A DNA stretch of 64,000 nt from an uncultured Nostocoides sp. (GCA_937873315.1 CALMQX010000036.1:89457-153456), one strand, 5' to 3'; counted from the stretch's first letter, positions 44,987 through 53,959 are shown. Made by a program: numbers and translations. The notes: generated by a model not told the origin, from the sequence alone.

Positions 44987-45709
44987 CTACAGGACGCCCC
45001 GCCGCGACAACTTATCCAGGTCGCGCACGCAGAAGCGGTGGTGTTCCCATTCCTCATTGAGCACCGTGCCGAGGCATTGCTGCACTCGCCGGCCCTTGGC
45101 ATAGGGCGGCCATCTGTCGTCGTCCGGCACCAGCGCGGGCATGGCGAGTCGTTCGGGTGTGACCTCGGCCAGGAAGGCCTCAACCTCCGACGCCTGCCTT
45201 TCGCGGACGATGAGCACCTCGTCAAGCTCCGGCCGAGCCGACCGGTCGAGACCCAGCTCCTCCTGATCCGGCACGAACGCAGATGCCAGCCCCATCGCCG
45301 TGAACGGCTCGGTCAGTCCAAGCACGCAGCGCCGGAACCAGGAGTCGTGCACGAAGACGAGGTGGCGCAGCGTCTCGATCGTCGACCACTCGCGGTCAAC
45401 ACTCTCGTGCTCGGTGCCCTCAGGCATCGACCGGACTCGCTCGATGGTCGCGGCCCAGTCATCCCCCAATTGTTGCCAGGCCATGCGCAGATCTCCCGGA
45501 TCCTCGGAGCGGATGAGCAGCCGCACGGGGTAGCGACGGTCGAGCTCCGCCTCGACGTACGGCATCACCTCGACCCCGTTAACGCTGAGGTTGGTGACCA
45601 GGCCGTCGATCTCAACGTTCTCCATGACAACGCCGACCAAACGCGCCCCACTCAGGTCGCACTCGCGGAACTCCGCCCCGGCCAGGTCTTCGTCGTCAAA
45701 ACGTCGCAT
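44987..45709 (-). CDS. pentapeptide-repeat protein fused to a DinB_2-like domain
   Basis: DLAGAEFRECDLSGARLVGVVMENVEIDGL pentapeptide repeats, then a DinB-like helical bundle (WSTIETLRHLVFVHDSWF...EEWEHHRF). Confidence 0.7.
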   Translation of the reverse strand: MRRFDDEDLAGAEFRECDLSGARLVGVVMENVEIDGLVTNLSVNGVEVMPYVEAELDRRYPVRLLIRSEDPGDLRMAWQQLGDDWAATIERVRSMPEGTEHESVDREWSTIETLRHLVFVHDSWFRRCVLGLTEPFTAMGLASAFVPDQEELGLDRSARPELDEVLIVRERQASEVEAFLAEVTPERLAMPALVPDDDRWPPYAKGRRVQQCLGTVLNEEWEHHRFCVRDLDKLSRRGVL

Positions 45710-45836
45710 GCATCCAGGCTAGGACGCGGCGCCGACACTCGACCGGGCCTGCCGCGACCACTGCACCTATGGAAGGCGCCGCGCTTGCCGGCATCGAGGC
45801 CTGACCGGCGTCGGTGGGGCGTCGTAGCCTGAGCCG

Positions 45837-46250
45837 ATGGCCGCCACACCCGCCCGCCGCCTCACCGACGACGTCCCCGACGACATTGAGCGGCGCCTGC
45901 GCCACCTGTGCCTCGCCCTCCCCGACGCCTACGAGGAGCATGCCTGGGTCGGTACCCGATGGCGGGTGCGCAACCGGACCTTCGTGCACGTCCTCGGGAT
46001 CGACGACCCTCTGGAGGGCGCACACGTGGTCATGACCTTCCGCGCCTCGAGCGAGGAATTCGCGGCGCTGCAGCACGCGGGCCCGCCCTTTTACGTTCTC
46101 GGCTGGGGCCGTGACGCGATGGGCCTCAAACTCGGCGCCACCACCGACTGGGACGAGGTCGCCGAACTTGTCGTGGAGTCGTACTGCGTCCTGGCCCCGA
46201 AGAAGCTTGTCGCGCTGGTCGACCGCCCGTCCACGAAGGCACCTGAGTAG
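45837..46250 (+). CDS. MmcQ/YjbR family DNA-binding protein
   Basis: 137 aa. LRHLCLALPDAYEEHAWVGTRWRVRNRTFVHVL...VMTFRASSEE. Confidence 0.75.
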   Translation: MAATPARRLTDDVPDDIERRLRHLCLALPDAYEEHAWVGTRWRVRNRTFVHVLGIDDPLEGAHVVMTFRASSEEFAALQHAGPPFYVLGWGRDAMGLKLGATTDWDEVAELVVESYCVLAPKKLVALVDRPSTKAPE

Positions 46251-46401
46251 CCCCGGTCGCCGTCCGCGCGGGCAGTGATGATCGGCACCGACTCCTTCTC
46301 TTCCGCGGCGACAGAGATGAAGACGTCCCACGTCTACCCGCCGAGGGCGTCTCCTTCGGGCTCAATTGGGTCGCGGAGTTCAACTCGGCTGATGGGGCTC
46401 G

Positions 46402-46561
46402 TCTCGCGAATCGCGAGGCAACAGTCCGGGCGGGGGCGGCTGCGGGGTACTTTGCACGATCGCCTCGATCTGGCTGGCATGCGCAAGATCCAGGATGGTT
46501 GTTCAGATGCAGCCAACATTGCATCACCGCGTGCGGGGAACCTTCATAGAAGGCACGATCC
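46402..46561 (+). repeat. repeat-family copies A' and A (two tandem units)
   Basis: A': hairpin CTCGCGA-a-TCGCGAG, then CTGCGGGGTACTTTGCACGATCG...GCGCAAGATCC (to 46491). A: GTTCAGATGCAGCCaacaTTGCAtcaccgcGTGCGGGGAACCTTca[8-nt insert]GGCACGATCC. It ends 22 nt before the RCC1 stop. Confidence 0.6.
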
Positions 46562-46583
46562 AGCAGTGGCATGGAAGAACCAC

Positions 46584-47568
46584 TCAGGCGAGTGCGACTT
46601 CATCCCATCCATCCACGTCGCATTGCCCGTGGTCGTTGCACCCGGTCGCCCGAACCGTTCCGTCGCTGCGCAAACCCAACGTATGCCGGGAACCCGCCGC
46701 CACTGCGACGATGCCCCTCCATCCGCCTACCTCGCACTGGCCGTCATAGTTCGCCCCAGCGGCGAGGACACGCCCATCCATCGTGAGACGACAGTGTGGT
46801 AACTCCCTGCGGCTGCGGCCACCACGCCCCTCCACCCAGACACCGTCAGCAGCGGCAGGGACATCCCCGGCGGTCAACACTCGACCATCCGAGGTGACCC
46901 CGACGGTATACAGGTAGCCCGCCGCAATCCCCGTGACCTTCGTCCAACCGCCCACCTGGCACTGACCACGGAGGTTCGCCCCGGCCGCGACCGCTGTCCC
47001 GTCAGCGCGCAGGCCGACGGAATGCCAGTCACCGCACGAGAGCCCGATGATCTCGCTCCATCCCTCGACAGCGCACGCGCCCTCACGCGCCCGGCCGGCG
47101 ACGAGCACGGCGCCATCACGGCGAAGGCCTAATGTTCGACGCCATCCCGCCGCGATGGCCACGACATCAGCCCAATCGTCCACGTCGCACTGACGGTCTC
47201 CGTTCCAGCCAGATGCCCGAACCATCCCACCCCGGATCAGTGTGCAAACGTCCGGTGTTACGTGCGGTATGCACGTTGCCGGCAGCCACGGCAAGGACGT
47301 CAACCCAACCTTCGACATTGCGCTCACCGGCCATCCCGTTACCGGCCGTGAGCACGCGTCCGTCACGACGCGCAGCAACCGAGTGGCGTCGGCCGGCGGC
47401 CAAGCTATGGAAGTTGTCGAATGGGACCACCTTCCGATGATGCCCCACTACGGGCACAGAAGCAGAGAGGACGAGACCTCCTCCGCTGGCCTGCCCGGCC
47501 GGGCTCTTTTCCCAAGTGTCAGTACTCGCGACGACCGCATAACACTCCGTCCACGACACGCCCGGCAT
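46584..47568 (-). pseudogene. RCC1-repeat beta-propeller gene disrupted by frameshifts
   Basis: Two overlapping ORFs (47167-47988 frame and 46584-47378 frame) each carry RCC1-type blades. By comparison with the 13692 copy, the reading frame switches near 47245. Residues encoded at 46784-46841 read as nonsense, while an alternative frame gives canonical GWRGVVAAAAGSYHTVV. Confidence 0.6.
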
Positions 47569-47607
47569 GCAAAACGTCGGCCAATTCTTAAAATCGATGG
47601 CCGTTCC

Positions 47608-47707
47608 TACAAGATTCGGTGCATCTGTCGAGATGCACCCATACTTGCACGATCCCGTGCGGGGAACCTCGCACGATCGCGTCCTGTTCGCGATGCTGTG
47701 CAAGACC
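47608..47707 (+). repeat. repeat-family copy B (full unit bounded by CAAGAyyC boxes)
   Basis: TACAAGATTC, then hairpin GGTGCATC-tgtcga-GATGCACC, then the 54-nt core 47627-47680, ending at GTGCAAGACC. Confidence 0.6.
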
Positions 47708-47842
47708 CCGTACCTGGCCTCATGGCAGGGTGCTCCCAAATCGAAACGTGGACGAGCGCCCTTGAACCCCCGTGCATCCACACCGGCCTCGAGGCATCTT
47801 GGCGGGAAATGAAGGTGCCGTCGCGCGGGAGAAGCCTCTAGG

Positions 47843-48310
47843 TCACGCGTCCGAGGTGGTGTTGCGTTTCGAGGGAGCCTGTTTCGCATGCAGCCAGAGG
47901 GTGCGGAGGTAGCTGCGTAGCTCATCTCGCTCAGAGGAACCCAACGGCGCGAGTAGTTCGTCTTCGATTCTTCCAGTGGCGGTGGCAAGTTCAGCGGCAG
48001 CTTTCACTCCCTCGCTGCTGAGCGAGAGGACACGGCGACGGCGATCTGCCGGATCGTCACCGCGCTCGATAAGTGCACGCTGCTCCAACGGCGCTACCAC
48101 TGGCCCCATGTTCCGCGGATCAACCAGCACGATGTCGGCGAGCGCGGTGACTCCGAGCGGACCGGTCGCGTGGAGGGTCAGCAGTATCGCGTGGTGGTGC
48201 GGCGTGAGACCACGCTCGACCAGCACCTCAGTCCACGATCGCGTCGCGATCACCCCAAGCTGGGACAGGAGGAACCCGACCGAAGACTCGAACGACGCGT
48301 CCGCAGGCAT
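47843..48310 (-). CDS. MarR family transcriptional regulator
   Basis: 155 aa. GFLLSQLGVIATRSWTEVLVERGLTPHHHAILLTLHATGPLGVTALADIV...DRRRRVLSLS. Confidence 0.85.
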   Translation of the reverse strand: MPADASFESSVGFLLSQLGVIATRSWTEVLVERGLTPHHHAILLTLHATGPLGVTALADIVLVDPRNMGPVVAPLEQRALIERGDDPADRRRRVLSLSSEGVKAAAELATATGRIEDELLAPLGSSERDELRSYLRTLWLHAKQAPSKRNTTSDA

Positions 48311-48338
48311 ACGCCCATCCTACTGGACTAAAGACATG

Positions 48339-48364
48339 AGTCATGATAATCATGAATTATGACT
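48339..48364. promoter_or_regulatory. nested palindrome AGTCATGAtaaTCATGAattATGACT (candidate MarR operator)
   Basis: Lies in the 48-bp divergent intergenic region and overlaps the SDR start codon at 48359. Confidence 0.45.
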
Positions 48365-49177
48365 ATCCTAGTCACTGGCGCGACGAGCGGTATCGGGCTG
48401 GCCGCAGCAACACTCCTCGCGCGACAGGGCCGCGACGTGGTGCTGGTGGGTCGAACTGAGCGCACCGCGTCGGCTGCCGCGGCCATTGTGCGAGCCGACG
48501 CGGACGCTGCGACGGTGTCCTGGCATGCGGCCGATCTTGCCTGTCCGGATCAGGTCGGCACCTTGGCCCGCCGGGTGAGTTTGGAGCATCCCCGTCTAGA
48601 TGGCCTGGTGTTGTGCGCCGCGGTATCGAACCCCGACCAAGTGACAACCGAGGGAATCGACACCACACTGGCGGTCAATCACCTGGCTCCGGTGCTGCTG
48701 ACTCGGCTGCTCGATCAGCACCTCTTAGGTGGGCGGATCATGCTGGTGTCTTCGTCCCGGCACGGCTCGGCAGGCCCGTTCGACCCTGAGATCTTCGCAC
48801 TCGGCTCACAGGCATCAGCCGTGCACCGATACGAGGCGACCAAGCTGCTGAACCTGCTTTTCGCCTCGGCGCGTCTACGTCGCCCACATGGCGCCCCAAT
48901 GGAGACGATCGATCCCGGATTCGTCCGAACCGGCCTGGGGCGCAACGCCCGCGGCGCATTCAGGCTTCTGCTCACTCTGACACGGCCGTTCCAAAGCTCG
49001 CCCCAGGTTCCCGCACAACGCATCGCCGACAGGCTTCTCGCGGACGACTTCCAAGACGGGTCACACGTGGGCCTGAACGGCGCGGCCCAGCTCGCGGCGA
49101 ACGCGCGGGACGAGGCCGCTGCCGAGCTCGCGTGGGAGTGGACCAACGATGTGCTGACGCGAAGCAAGTGGGAATGA
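48359..49177 (+). CDS. SDR-family oxidoreductase
   Basis: MTILVTGATSGIGLAAA..., LVLCAAV, S...YEATK catalytic motif. Confidence 0.85.
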   Translation: MTILVTGATSGIGLAAATLLARQGRDVVLVGRTERTASAAAAIVRADADAATVSWHAADLACPDQVGTLARRVSLEHPRLDGLVLCAAVSNPDQVTTEGIDTTLAVNHLAPVLLTRLLDQHLLGGRIMLVSSSRHGSAGPFDPEIFALGSQASAVHRYEATKLLNLLFASARLRRPHGAPMETIDPGFVRTGLGRNARGAFRLLLTLTRPFQSSPQVPAQRIADRLLADDFQDGSHVGLNGAAQLAANARDEAAAELAWEWTNDVLTRSKWE

Positions 49178-49208
49178 ACGAAGCAAGTGGAATGAAAGGG
49201 GAAACGTT

Positions 49209-49526
49209 GTGAAGAACATCCTTCTAGTCGGACGAAACCAGTGGGTGGTGGATGGTGCGAAACGAGAACTGGACTCCGAGAGCATCTGTGTCCTCGGCGC
49301 TCTGAGCGTCGTCGATGTCGAGCAGGCGTTCGTGCGACACACCATCGACCATGTGTTCATCGGTCCAGGACTCGATCTCGATACGAGGCTGCAGGCGGTC
49401 CGGGTCGTGTTCTCCGAAAGCGACCACACGACCGTGCATATGAAGGATCACTCCACCGGGCCAGAAGGCGGACTGAACTTCGTCCGGGCCATCCTCAGCG
49501 GACTCACGGAGTTGGACGCCAACTGA
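49209..49526 (+). CDS. hypothetical small Rossmann-like protein
   Basis: 105 aa from GTG. KNILLVGRNQWVV...IDHVFIGPGLDLDTRL. Followed by a strong hairpin. Confidence 0.5.
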   Translation: MKNILLVGRNQWVVDGAKRELDSESICVLGALSVVDVEQAFVRHTIDHVFIGPGLDLDTRLQAVRVVFSESDHTTVHMKDHSTGPEGGLNFVRAILSGLTELDAN

Positions 49527-49532
49527 GGCGCT

Positions 49533-49566
49533 GAACCAGCGACCTTGCGTTCTTGGTCGCTGGTTC
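49533..49566 (+). terminator. intrinsic-terminator-like hairpin
   Basis: GAACCAGCGACC-ttgcgttctt-GGTCGCTGGTTC: a perfect 12-bp stem starting 7 nt after the stop codon. There is no U-tract, as is common in high-GC actinobacteria. Confidence 0.55.
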
Positions 49567-49664
49567 GACGCCCTGGACGGGCTTGGCCGTCGGGCCGCTG
49601 AGACCGACCGCACCTCCTGAACAACGCAGGGCACGGCATCAAGGCTTGGACATAATTCCGCGCT

Positions 49665-49803
49665 TATGTTGCATAGCCTTGCACCCCGCGCAAGATTCAG
49701 TGCATCTCGACAACTGACTTTGATCCCCCCCCATCTCGACAAAACCCCTGTCGAGGTACAGCGAAGACTGCACCACGCCGTGCAGTGCACTTTGCACAAC
49801 TGG
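49665..49803 (+). repeat. repeat-family copy C (with internal duplication of the CATCTCGACA segment)
   Basis: GCGCAAGATTC-aGTGCATCTCGACA...CATCTCGACA-aaacccc-TGTCGAG, then the 54-nt core 49750-49803. Confidence 0.6.
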
Positions 49804-49937
49804 ACTCCGCCGGTATGCCACGTGAAAAGTAGGTGTCTCCCCGTCAGGAGAGGCCCGAGGCGGCTTGACCTTGACGAGGGGGCGGCAAGCATTCGACGCC
49901 AGGCTTCTTGGGGGACCAGGGAGGGCAGCGAAACACC

Positions 49938-50390
49938 TCAATCGCGCATCAAGGAGACGGCTTGCATGCGGGAGGTCGCTCGCGCGAGAAACCGGCTCGT
50001 CTGGGTGAGGCTGCGCTCAGATTCCCCGTCGATGAGCGCCTGCTCGACCTGGATGACCCAGGTGTGCGCCGCCGCGAGCCGCTTCTTGCCCTTCTGCGTG
50101 AGCCGCAGGGCTACCGCACGACCCGGGTTCTCGTCTTCATCGCGGGAGATGAGGCCGTCGGCCTCGAGCCCCTTGACCAGGCGCATCATCGTCTGTGGTG
50201 TCACGAAGGCCCGCCGCGCGAGTTCGGCGGATGTGAGGCCGGGCTCCATGTCCATGAAGGTCAGCACGCCGTAGCGGCTGGTGGTCAACCCATGACGTCT
50301 CAGTCCCTGATCCAGCGCCGCGACCAGAGCCCGCTCGAGCCGCACGACGCCGTAACCCAAGGGGTGGTCATCCTGCGTGCGGGTGGTCAT
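49938..50390 (-). CDS. MarR family transcriptional regulator
   Basis: 150 aa. LDQGLRRHGLTTSRYGVLTFMDMEPGLTSAELARRAFVTPQTMMRLVKGLEADGLISR. Confidence 0.85.
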   Translation of the reverse strand: MTTRTQDDHPLGYGVVRLERALVAALDQGLRRHGLTTSRYGVLTFMDMEPGLTSAELARRAFVTPQTMMRLVKGLEADGLISRDEDENPGRAVALRLTQKGKKRLAAAHTWVIQVEQALIDGESERSLTQTSRFLARATSRMQAVSLMRD

Positions 50391-50436
50391 GACCTGGAGC
50401 CTAGCGCTGACCTTGGCGTCTCCATAGGTTGATTAA

Positions 50437-50471
50437 ATCAGCATGCTGTCATATCGTCTCAGCACGCTGAT
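50437..50471. promoter_or_regulatory. 12-bp inverted repeat ATCAGCATGCTG / CAGCACGCTGAT (candidate MarR operator)
   Basis: Arms at 50437-50448 and 50460-50471 with one mismatch. Located in the MarR/ABM divergent intergenic region. Confidence 0.4.
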
Positions 50472-50513
50472 ACGACGAATCGGAGTCGACGGCCCAACAC
50501 CCAGGAGCTCGCC

Positions 50514-51152
50514 ATGAACAGTCCCGTCCTTGAACTCGCCGTGCGCCGCGTCAAGCCCGGCCGAGAGGACGACTTCCGCGCCGCCCGATCGGCCTTCCTT
50601 TCGCAGTGGAAGACCCAGCCAGGCGCGACGGCGGACCGCGAGTTCGCCGCGCTGATGACCCTGCCAACACCTATGGAAGGCGTCTTCGTCGGCATGACCG
50701 CGTGGGAATCACCCGAGGCTTACCAGGCCGCGTCCGGGAAGTTCTGGGATGACCCGGTCCTGTCGAACTTCATGGACACCGTCGAGATCGTCGCTTTCGC
50801 GATCATCCGTCAGACCGAAGGTCCGGCCATCGATCTAGCGTCGTTGGCGACCGAAGGCCAGGTTCTCGAGGTCGCCGTTCGCGCACCCAAGGGCGTTGAT
50901 GTCCAGACCTTCGAAGACGCTCGCCAGGGGTACGTGGGCGCGTTGGGGACCCAGCCTGGCGTACTGGCAAGTTACGAGTTCGCCATCGTGGACGAGCCGA
51001 TGGAAGGCCGGCGCGTGGGCATGACCCTTTATGCGTCGAAGCAGGGCTGGCAGGACGCCATGTCCGCCGCTGGCCAGTCCGAAGCGGGCGGCCGGTTCTT
51101 CTCGGTCATCGATCCCACGGTCGTCGCGTACGTGGCCCCGACCAGCGTCTGA
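50514..51152 (+). CDS. tandem ABM (antibiotic-biosynthesis-monooxygenase-like, ferredoxin-fold) domain protein
   Basis: 212 aa with two similar halves (LELAVRRVKPGREDDF...GMTAWESPEAYQAA and LEVAVRAPKGVDVQTF...GMTLYASKQGWQDA). Confidence 0.65.
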   Translation: MNSPVLELAVRRVKPGREDDFRAARSAFLSQWKTQPGATADREFAALMTLPTPMEGVFVGMTAWESPEAYQAASGKFWDDPVLSNFMDTVEIVAFAIIRQTEGPAIDLASLATEGQVLEVAVRAPKGVDVQTFEDARQGYVGALGTQPGVLASYEFAIVDEPMEGRRVGMTLYASKQGWQDAMSAAGQSEAGGRFFSVIDPTVVAYVAPTSV

Positions 51153-51205
51153 ACCATGCGCAACCCCGAAACGCCGCACATCCTCCCCGTCCTGAAAGGA
51201 ATGAC

Positions 51206-52171
51206 ATGAGCATGACCAGTCGTACTCGACGACTCGTGGTCCCCGGTCTCGTTGCCGCGGTCGCCGGATCCTTCATCGTCAGCGCGCCTGCTGCCATGGG
51301 TTCGCCCGACCCCAACACGGTGCACCCAACGTCACCGCACCACAACGAAGCCAGCGTCAACAAGGCTGCTGCCATCGACGCATACGCTCGACTGTTCGCC
51401 GGAGACGGCAGTGCAGTTGACCAGTACTTCGCTCGTGACTTCATCAACCACAACCCGCTGGCGCCACGAGATGCGTTCACCGGCTACAAGGACTTGGCCG
51501 CTGCCTTCGCCAACGTCCACTTCCGGTTGTGGGAGCCGCTGCGCGTGGTCGCCGACGGCGACTACGTCGGCATCCAAGGCCTGTACCAGTTCGACTCCAT
51601 GACCACCTTCCGACCCACCCAGTCGGGACCCGGGGTCGTCGGTTTCGATCTCTTCCGCTTCGACCACGGCAAGATCGTCGAACACTGGGACGCGCTCCAA
51701 GACGTCGTGCCGCCATCGCAAACCCCCGACAACAACGACATGATCGGCGGCGGCGCCGGCATCCCCGGCCACCGCGCCATCAACCCCAAGAAGGTCGTCC
51801 ACACCGTTGTCCAGATCAGTCAGGGCCGGACCGACCACATCAGGTCGCGATTCAGCCCTGACTACATCAACCACAACCCCTACGGCACCGACGGCTGGGC
51901 AGGAGTCCAGTCACTTGCCCAGGCATTCGGCACCGCTGGGTTCCAGATGTACACGCCCCACCGTTGGTTCGCCGACGGCAACCTTGTCGTCCTCCAGGGC
52001 ATCTTCCACCTGCACAGCACATCCGCGTTCACGCCAGACCGCACCGGCCCCGGAGTGGTCGCCTTCGACATCTTCCGAATCGGCGACAACGGGAAGATCG
52101 TTGAGCACTGGGACATCCTGCAGAACAACGTTCCAGCGGCCTCTACGGTCAGTGGGCTGCCCACCATCTAG
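51206..52171 (+). CDS. secreted tandem SnoaL-like / NTF2-family protein
   Basis: Possible Tat-type signal MSMTSRTRRLVVPGLVAAVAGSFIVSAPAAMG. Two halves each end in ...FRF/IGD.GKIVEHWD.LQ. Confidence 0.7.
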   Translation: MSMTSRTRRLVVPGLVAAVAGSFIVSAPAAMGSPDPNTVHPTSPHHNEASVNKAAAIDAYARLFAGDGSAVDQYFARDFINHNPLAPRDAFTGYKDLAAAFANVHFRLWEPLRVVADGDYVGIQGLYQFDSMTTFRPTQSGPGVVGFDLFRFDHGKIVEHWDALQDVVPPSQTPDNNDMIGGGAGIPGHRAINPKKVVHTVVQISQGRTDHIRSRFSPDYINHNPYGTDGWAGVQSLAQAFGTAGFQMYTPHRWFADGNLVVLQGIFHLHSTSAFTPDRTGPGVVAFDIFRIGDNGKIVEHWDILQNNVPAASTVSGLPTI

Positions 52172-52536
52172 TCACGCACCAACGCGCCGCGGTGGTGCCA
52201 GGCTCCGAGCATAGGAACCTGACACCACCGCGATCGCGCGATGCACTGAACCGCCCCAGCTGTCGGACGCTCTGGCGGCTCTTCCTCATCGAGGTGCAGG
52301 GAGCGCGGGCGCGTCGGTGGCCAGGCTAGGGGTCGAGGCCATCCGATGATGGGAGTTCTGAAGGTCGCCGTGATCGGTCGAGTCCGCGGTCTGGTTGCCT
52401 TTCAGCGATTGGTGACCTGGGCGACCCGGATTGCTACAAGGAGTTCAAGATCGGGGCGGTCCGGCACCAGAGGTACTCGCAGGAGGCCATCGCGACCGTG
52501 CTGGTATCCATCAAGCAGGCGGGCCGTGGTAGCCGC

Positions 52537-52671
52537 TATGCAACATGCGCGACCGTTTGTGCAATGTAGGCGGCCGCTCGACAACAACTGTCGAGATGCA
52601 GCCGAGTTTGCAGGACCGTGTGCGAGGTAGTCTTCACGATCGACCCGGCCTTGCCGAGCTGTGCAAGATCC
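52537..52671 (+). repeat. repeat-family copy D (full unit)
   Basis: CTCGACA-acaac-TGTCGAG hairpin (52577-52595). 54-nt core at 52590-52643. Ends in GTGCAAGATCC (52661-52671), 17 nt before the YdeI-like stop. Confidence 0.6.
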
Positions 52672-52687
52672 GGGTTGGGGTTCATCG

Positions 52688-53200
52688 TTAGGATGACGGG
52701 TGCCGCATCCCCATGTGGGCGCCACCTTGCTGAAGCTCCCTCTGCATTTGGGTGACTCGCTGGCGGGTCTCGGGTCGCTTCGCCCGGGCGATCCGGGCAA
52801 GGTAGTCGTTGCGTTGGTAGGCGGGTCGATTGTCGTAGTCGCCGCGCAACAGGTGTTGGGCGAGCAGGTCGGCAACATCGTCGGGCAGGTCCTGTGTCGG
52901 CCTTCGGAGGGTCATGCCAGCCCGTCCGGCACGACAGCGAGTGCGTCGATCTCCAACGAGAACTCCCGGTCGCGCGAACGCCGCAACGGTGAGCACAGTG
53001 ACTGCGGTGGGGTTCGCGCCCCATACCTCGAACGCCGAGGCATACCCGGCCCCAAGCATCGGCCGGTCAGCGAGATTGAAACCAAGCCGCGCGACATGGC
53101 TCGCGTCCACTCTCACTTCGGCGAGCGCCATGAGGACGTTGCGCAGCGCTTGCTTTCGTCTGCGCACAGTGGTGAGTGGAGACCAGGGCTCCGGTGGCAT
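52688..53200 (-). CDS. YdeI/OmpD-associated family protein (N-terminal part uncertain)
   Basis: The C-terminal 75 aa (MTLRRPTQDLPDDVADLL...NRPAYQRNDYLARIARAKRPETRQRVTQMQREL) is clearly YdeI-like. The upstream 95 codons only loosely resemble DUF1905 and may contain frameshifts. Confidence 0.55.
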   Translation of the reverse strand: MPPEPWSPLTTVRRRKQALRNVLMALAEVRVDASHVARLGFNLADRPMLGAGYASAFEVWGANPTAVTVLTVAAFARPGVLVGDRRTRCRAGRAGMTLRRPTQDLPDDVADLLAQHLLRGDYDNRPAYQRNDYLARIARAKRPETRQRVTQMQRELQQGGAHMGMRHPSS

Positions 53201-53265
53201 CGATGCGGAGCACCTCCGTGAGACGGCTCGCGTCTCACGATATCAACATGAGTTGACGGCGCGCC

Positions 53266-53529
53266 ATGTCATCAACTATGGTTGATGACATGGTAAGCGA
53301 GCCGGACGCATCTGTAGACGACCCGGCGGCGGCGTTTGCGTCGGTCGTTGCCATGCGTCGGGCAGCGGCGGTCTTGGAACGGGCCGCAGTTGATCGTGCT
53401 CTCGCGCAGGGTTGGACGTGGTCTCTGATCGGTCAGGCGTTGGGGACGAGCGCGCAGGCTGCTCATAAACGCCTCGCTCCGTCTAAACGACCTTTTCGAA
53501 AGGGAGACAGTGATGGCTTTGGTAAATGA
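53266..53529 (+). CDS. small HTH protein commonly paired with Clp_N-domain proteins
   Basis: 87 aa. RAAVDRALAQGWTWSLIGQALGTSAQAAHKRL. Confidence 0.55.
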   Translation: MSSTMVDDMVSEPDASVDDPAAAFASVVAMRRAAAVLERAAVDRALAQGWTWSLIGQALGTSAQAAHKRLAPSKRPFRKGDSDGFGK

Positions 53530-53959
53530 CATGCGGACGGTCGCGGCGTTGTTAGAGGCCGCCGAACGCGAGGCGCACGCGATGGGGGATGAACTGCCGG
53601 GGGCTGAGCACCTTGTGCTAGCTGCTCTCGTCGACAGTGATGAATCGGGGCGCGTTCTCCTGGGGTTTGACGCGGACCAGTTCCGGCACGCCGTGGACAC
53701 TGTCCATGCGGAAGCCCTTAAGACGATCGGGCTTCACCCGGACACTTTTCCCGCTCTTCCCGCCGTAGCGCGTGGGCGTGTGTATCGAGGTGAGGAATCG
53801 TTGGGTGAGGTGTTGGAGCGGGCTCGGCTGCTTGCCCGTCAGTCACGGCCGCAGGGTCTGCGCACTTCCCACATCATCCGCGCTGCAGCTCACCGCGAGC
53901 ATGGCACGACGGCCAGGGCATTCGACCTCTTGCACGTCGACCGGGACAGCCTGCAATGA
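53513..53959 (+). CDS. Clp amino-terminal (Clp_N) domain protein
   Basis: ATG 53513 after AGGGAGA. AEREAHAMGDELPGAEHLVLAALVD...LGEVLERARLLARQSRPQGLRTSHIIRAA gives two Clp_N repeats. Confidence 0.7.
   Translation: MALVNDMRTVAALLEAAEREAHAMGDELPGAEHLVLAALVDSDESGRVLLGFDADQFRHAVDTVHAEALKTIGLHPDTFPALPAVARGRVYRGEESLGEVLERARLLARQSRPQGLRTSHIIRAAAHREHGTTARAFDLLHVDRDSLQ

Noticed and set aside
49720-49760. C-rich hairpin loops (gatcccccccatc, aaacccc; also cccc in copy F) considered as 6C RNA
   Set aside because: Other copies of the same element have non-C loops (acaac, tgtcga). The overall length and architecture do not match the two-hairpin 6C motif.
52172-52536. Possible gene in the gap after the SnoaL-like gene (frames reading ...GDLGDPDCYKEFKIGAVRHQRYSQEAIATVLVSIKQAG... 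and others)
   Set aside because: It has no start codon context, a short open stretch and no recognisable family. It may be another scrap, but I cannot support it.
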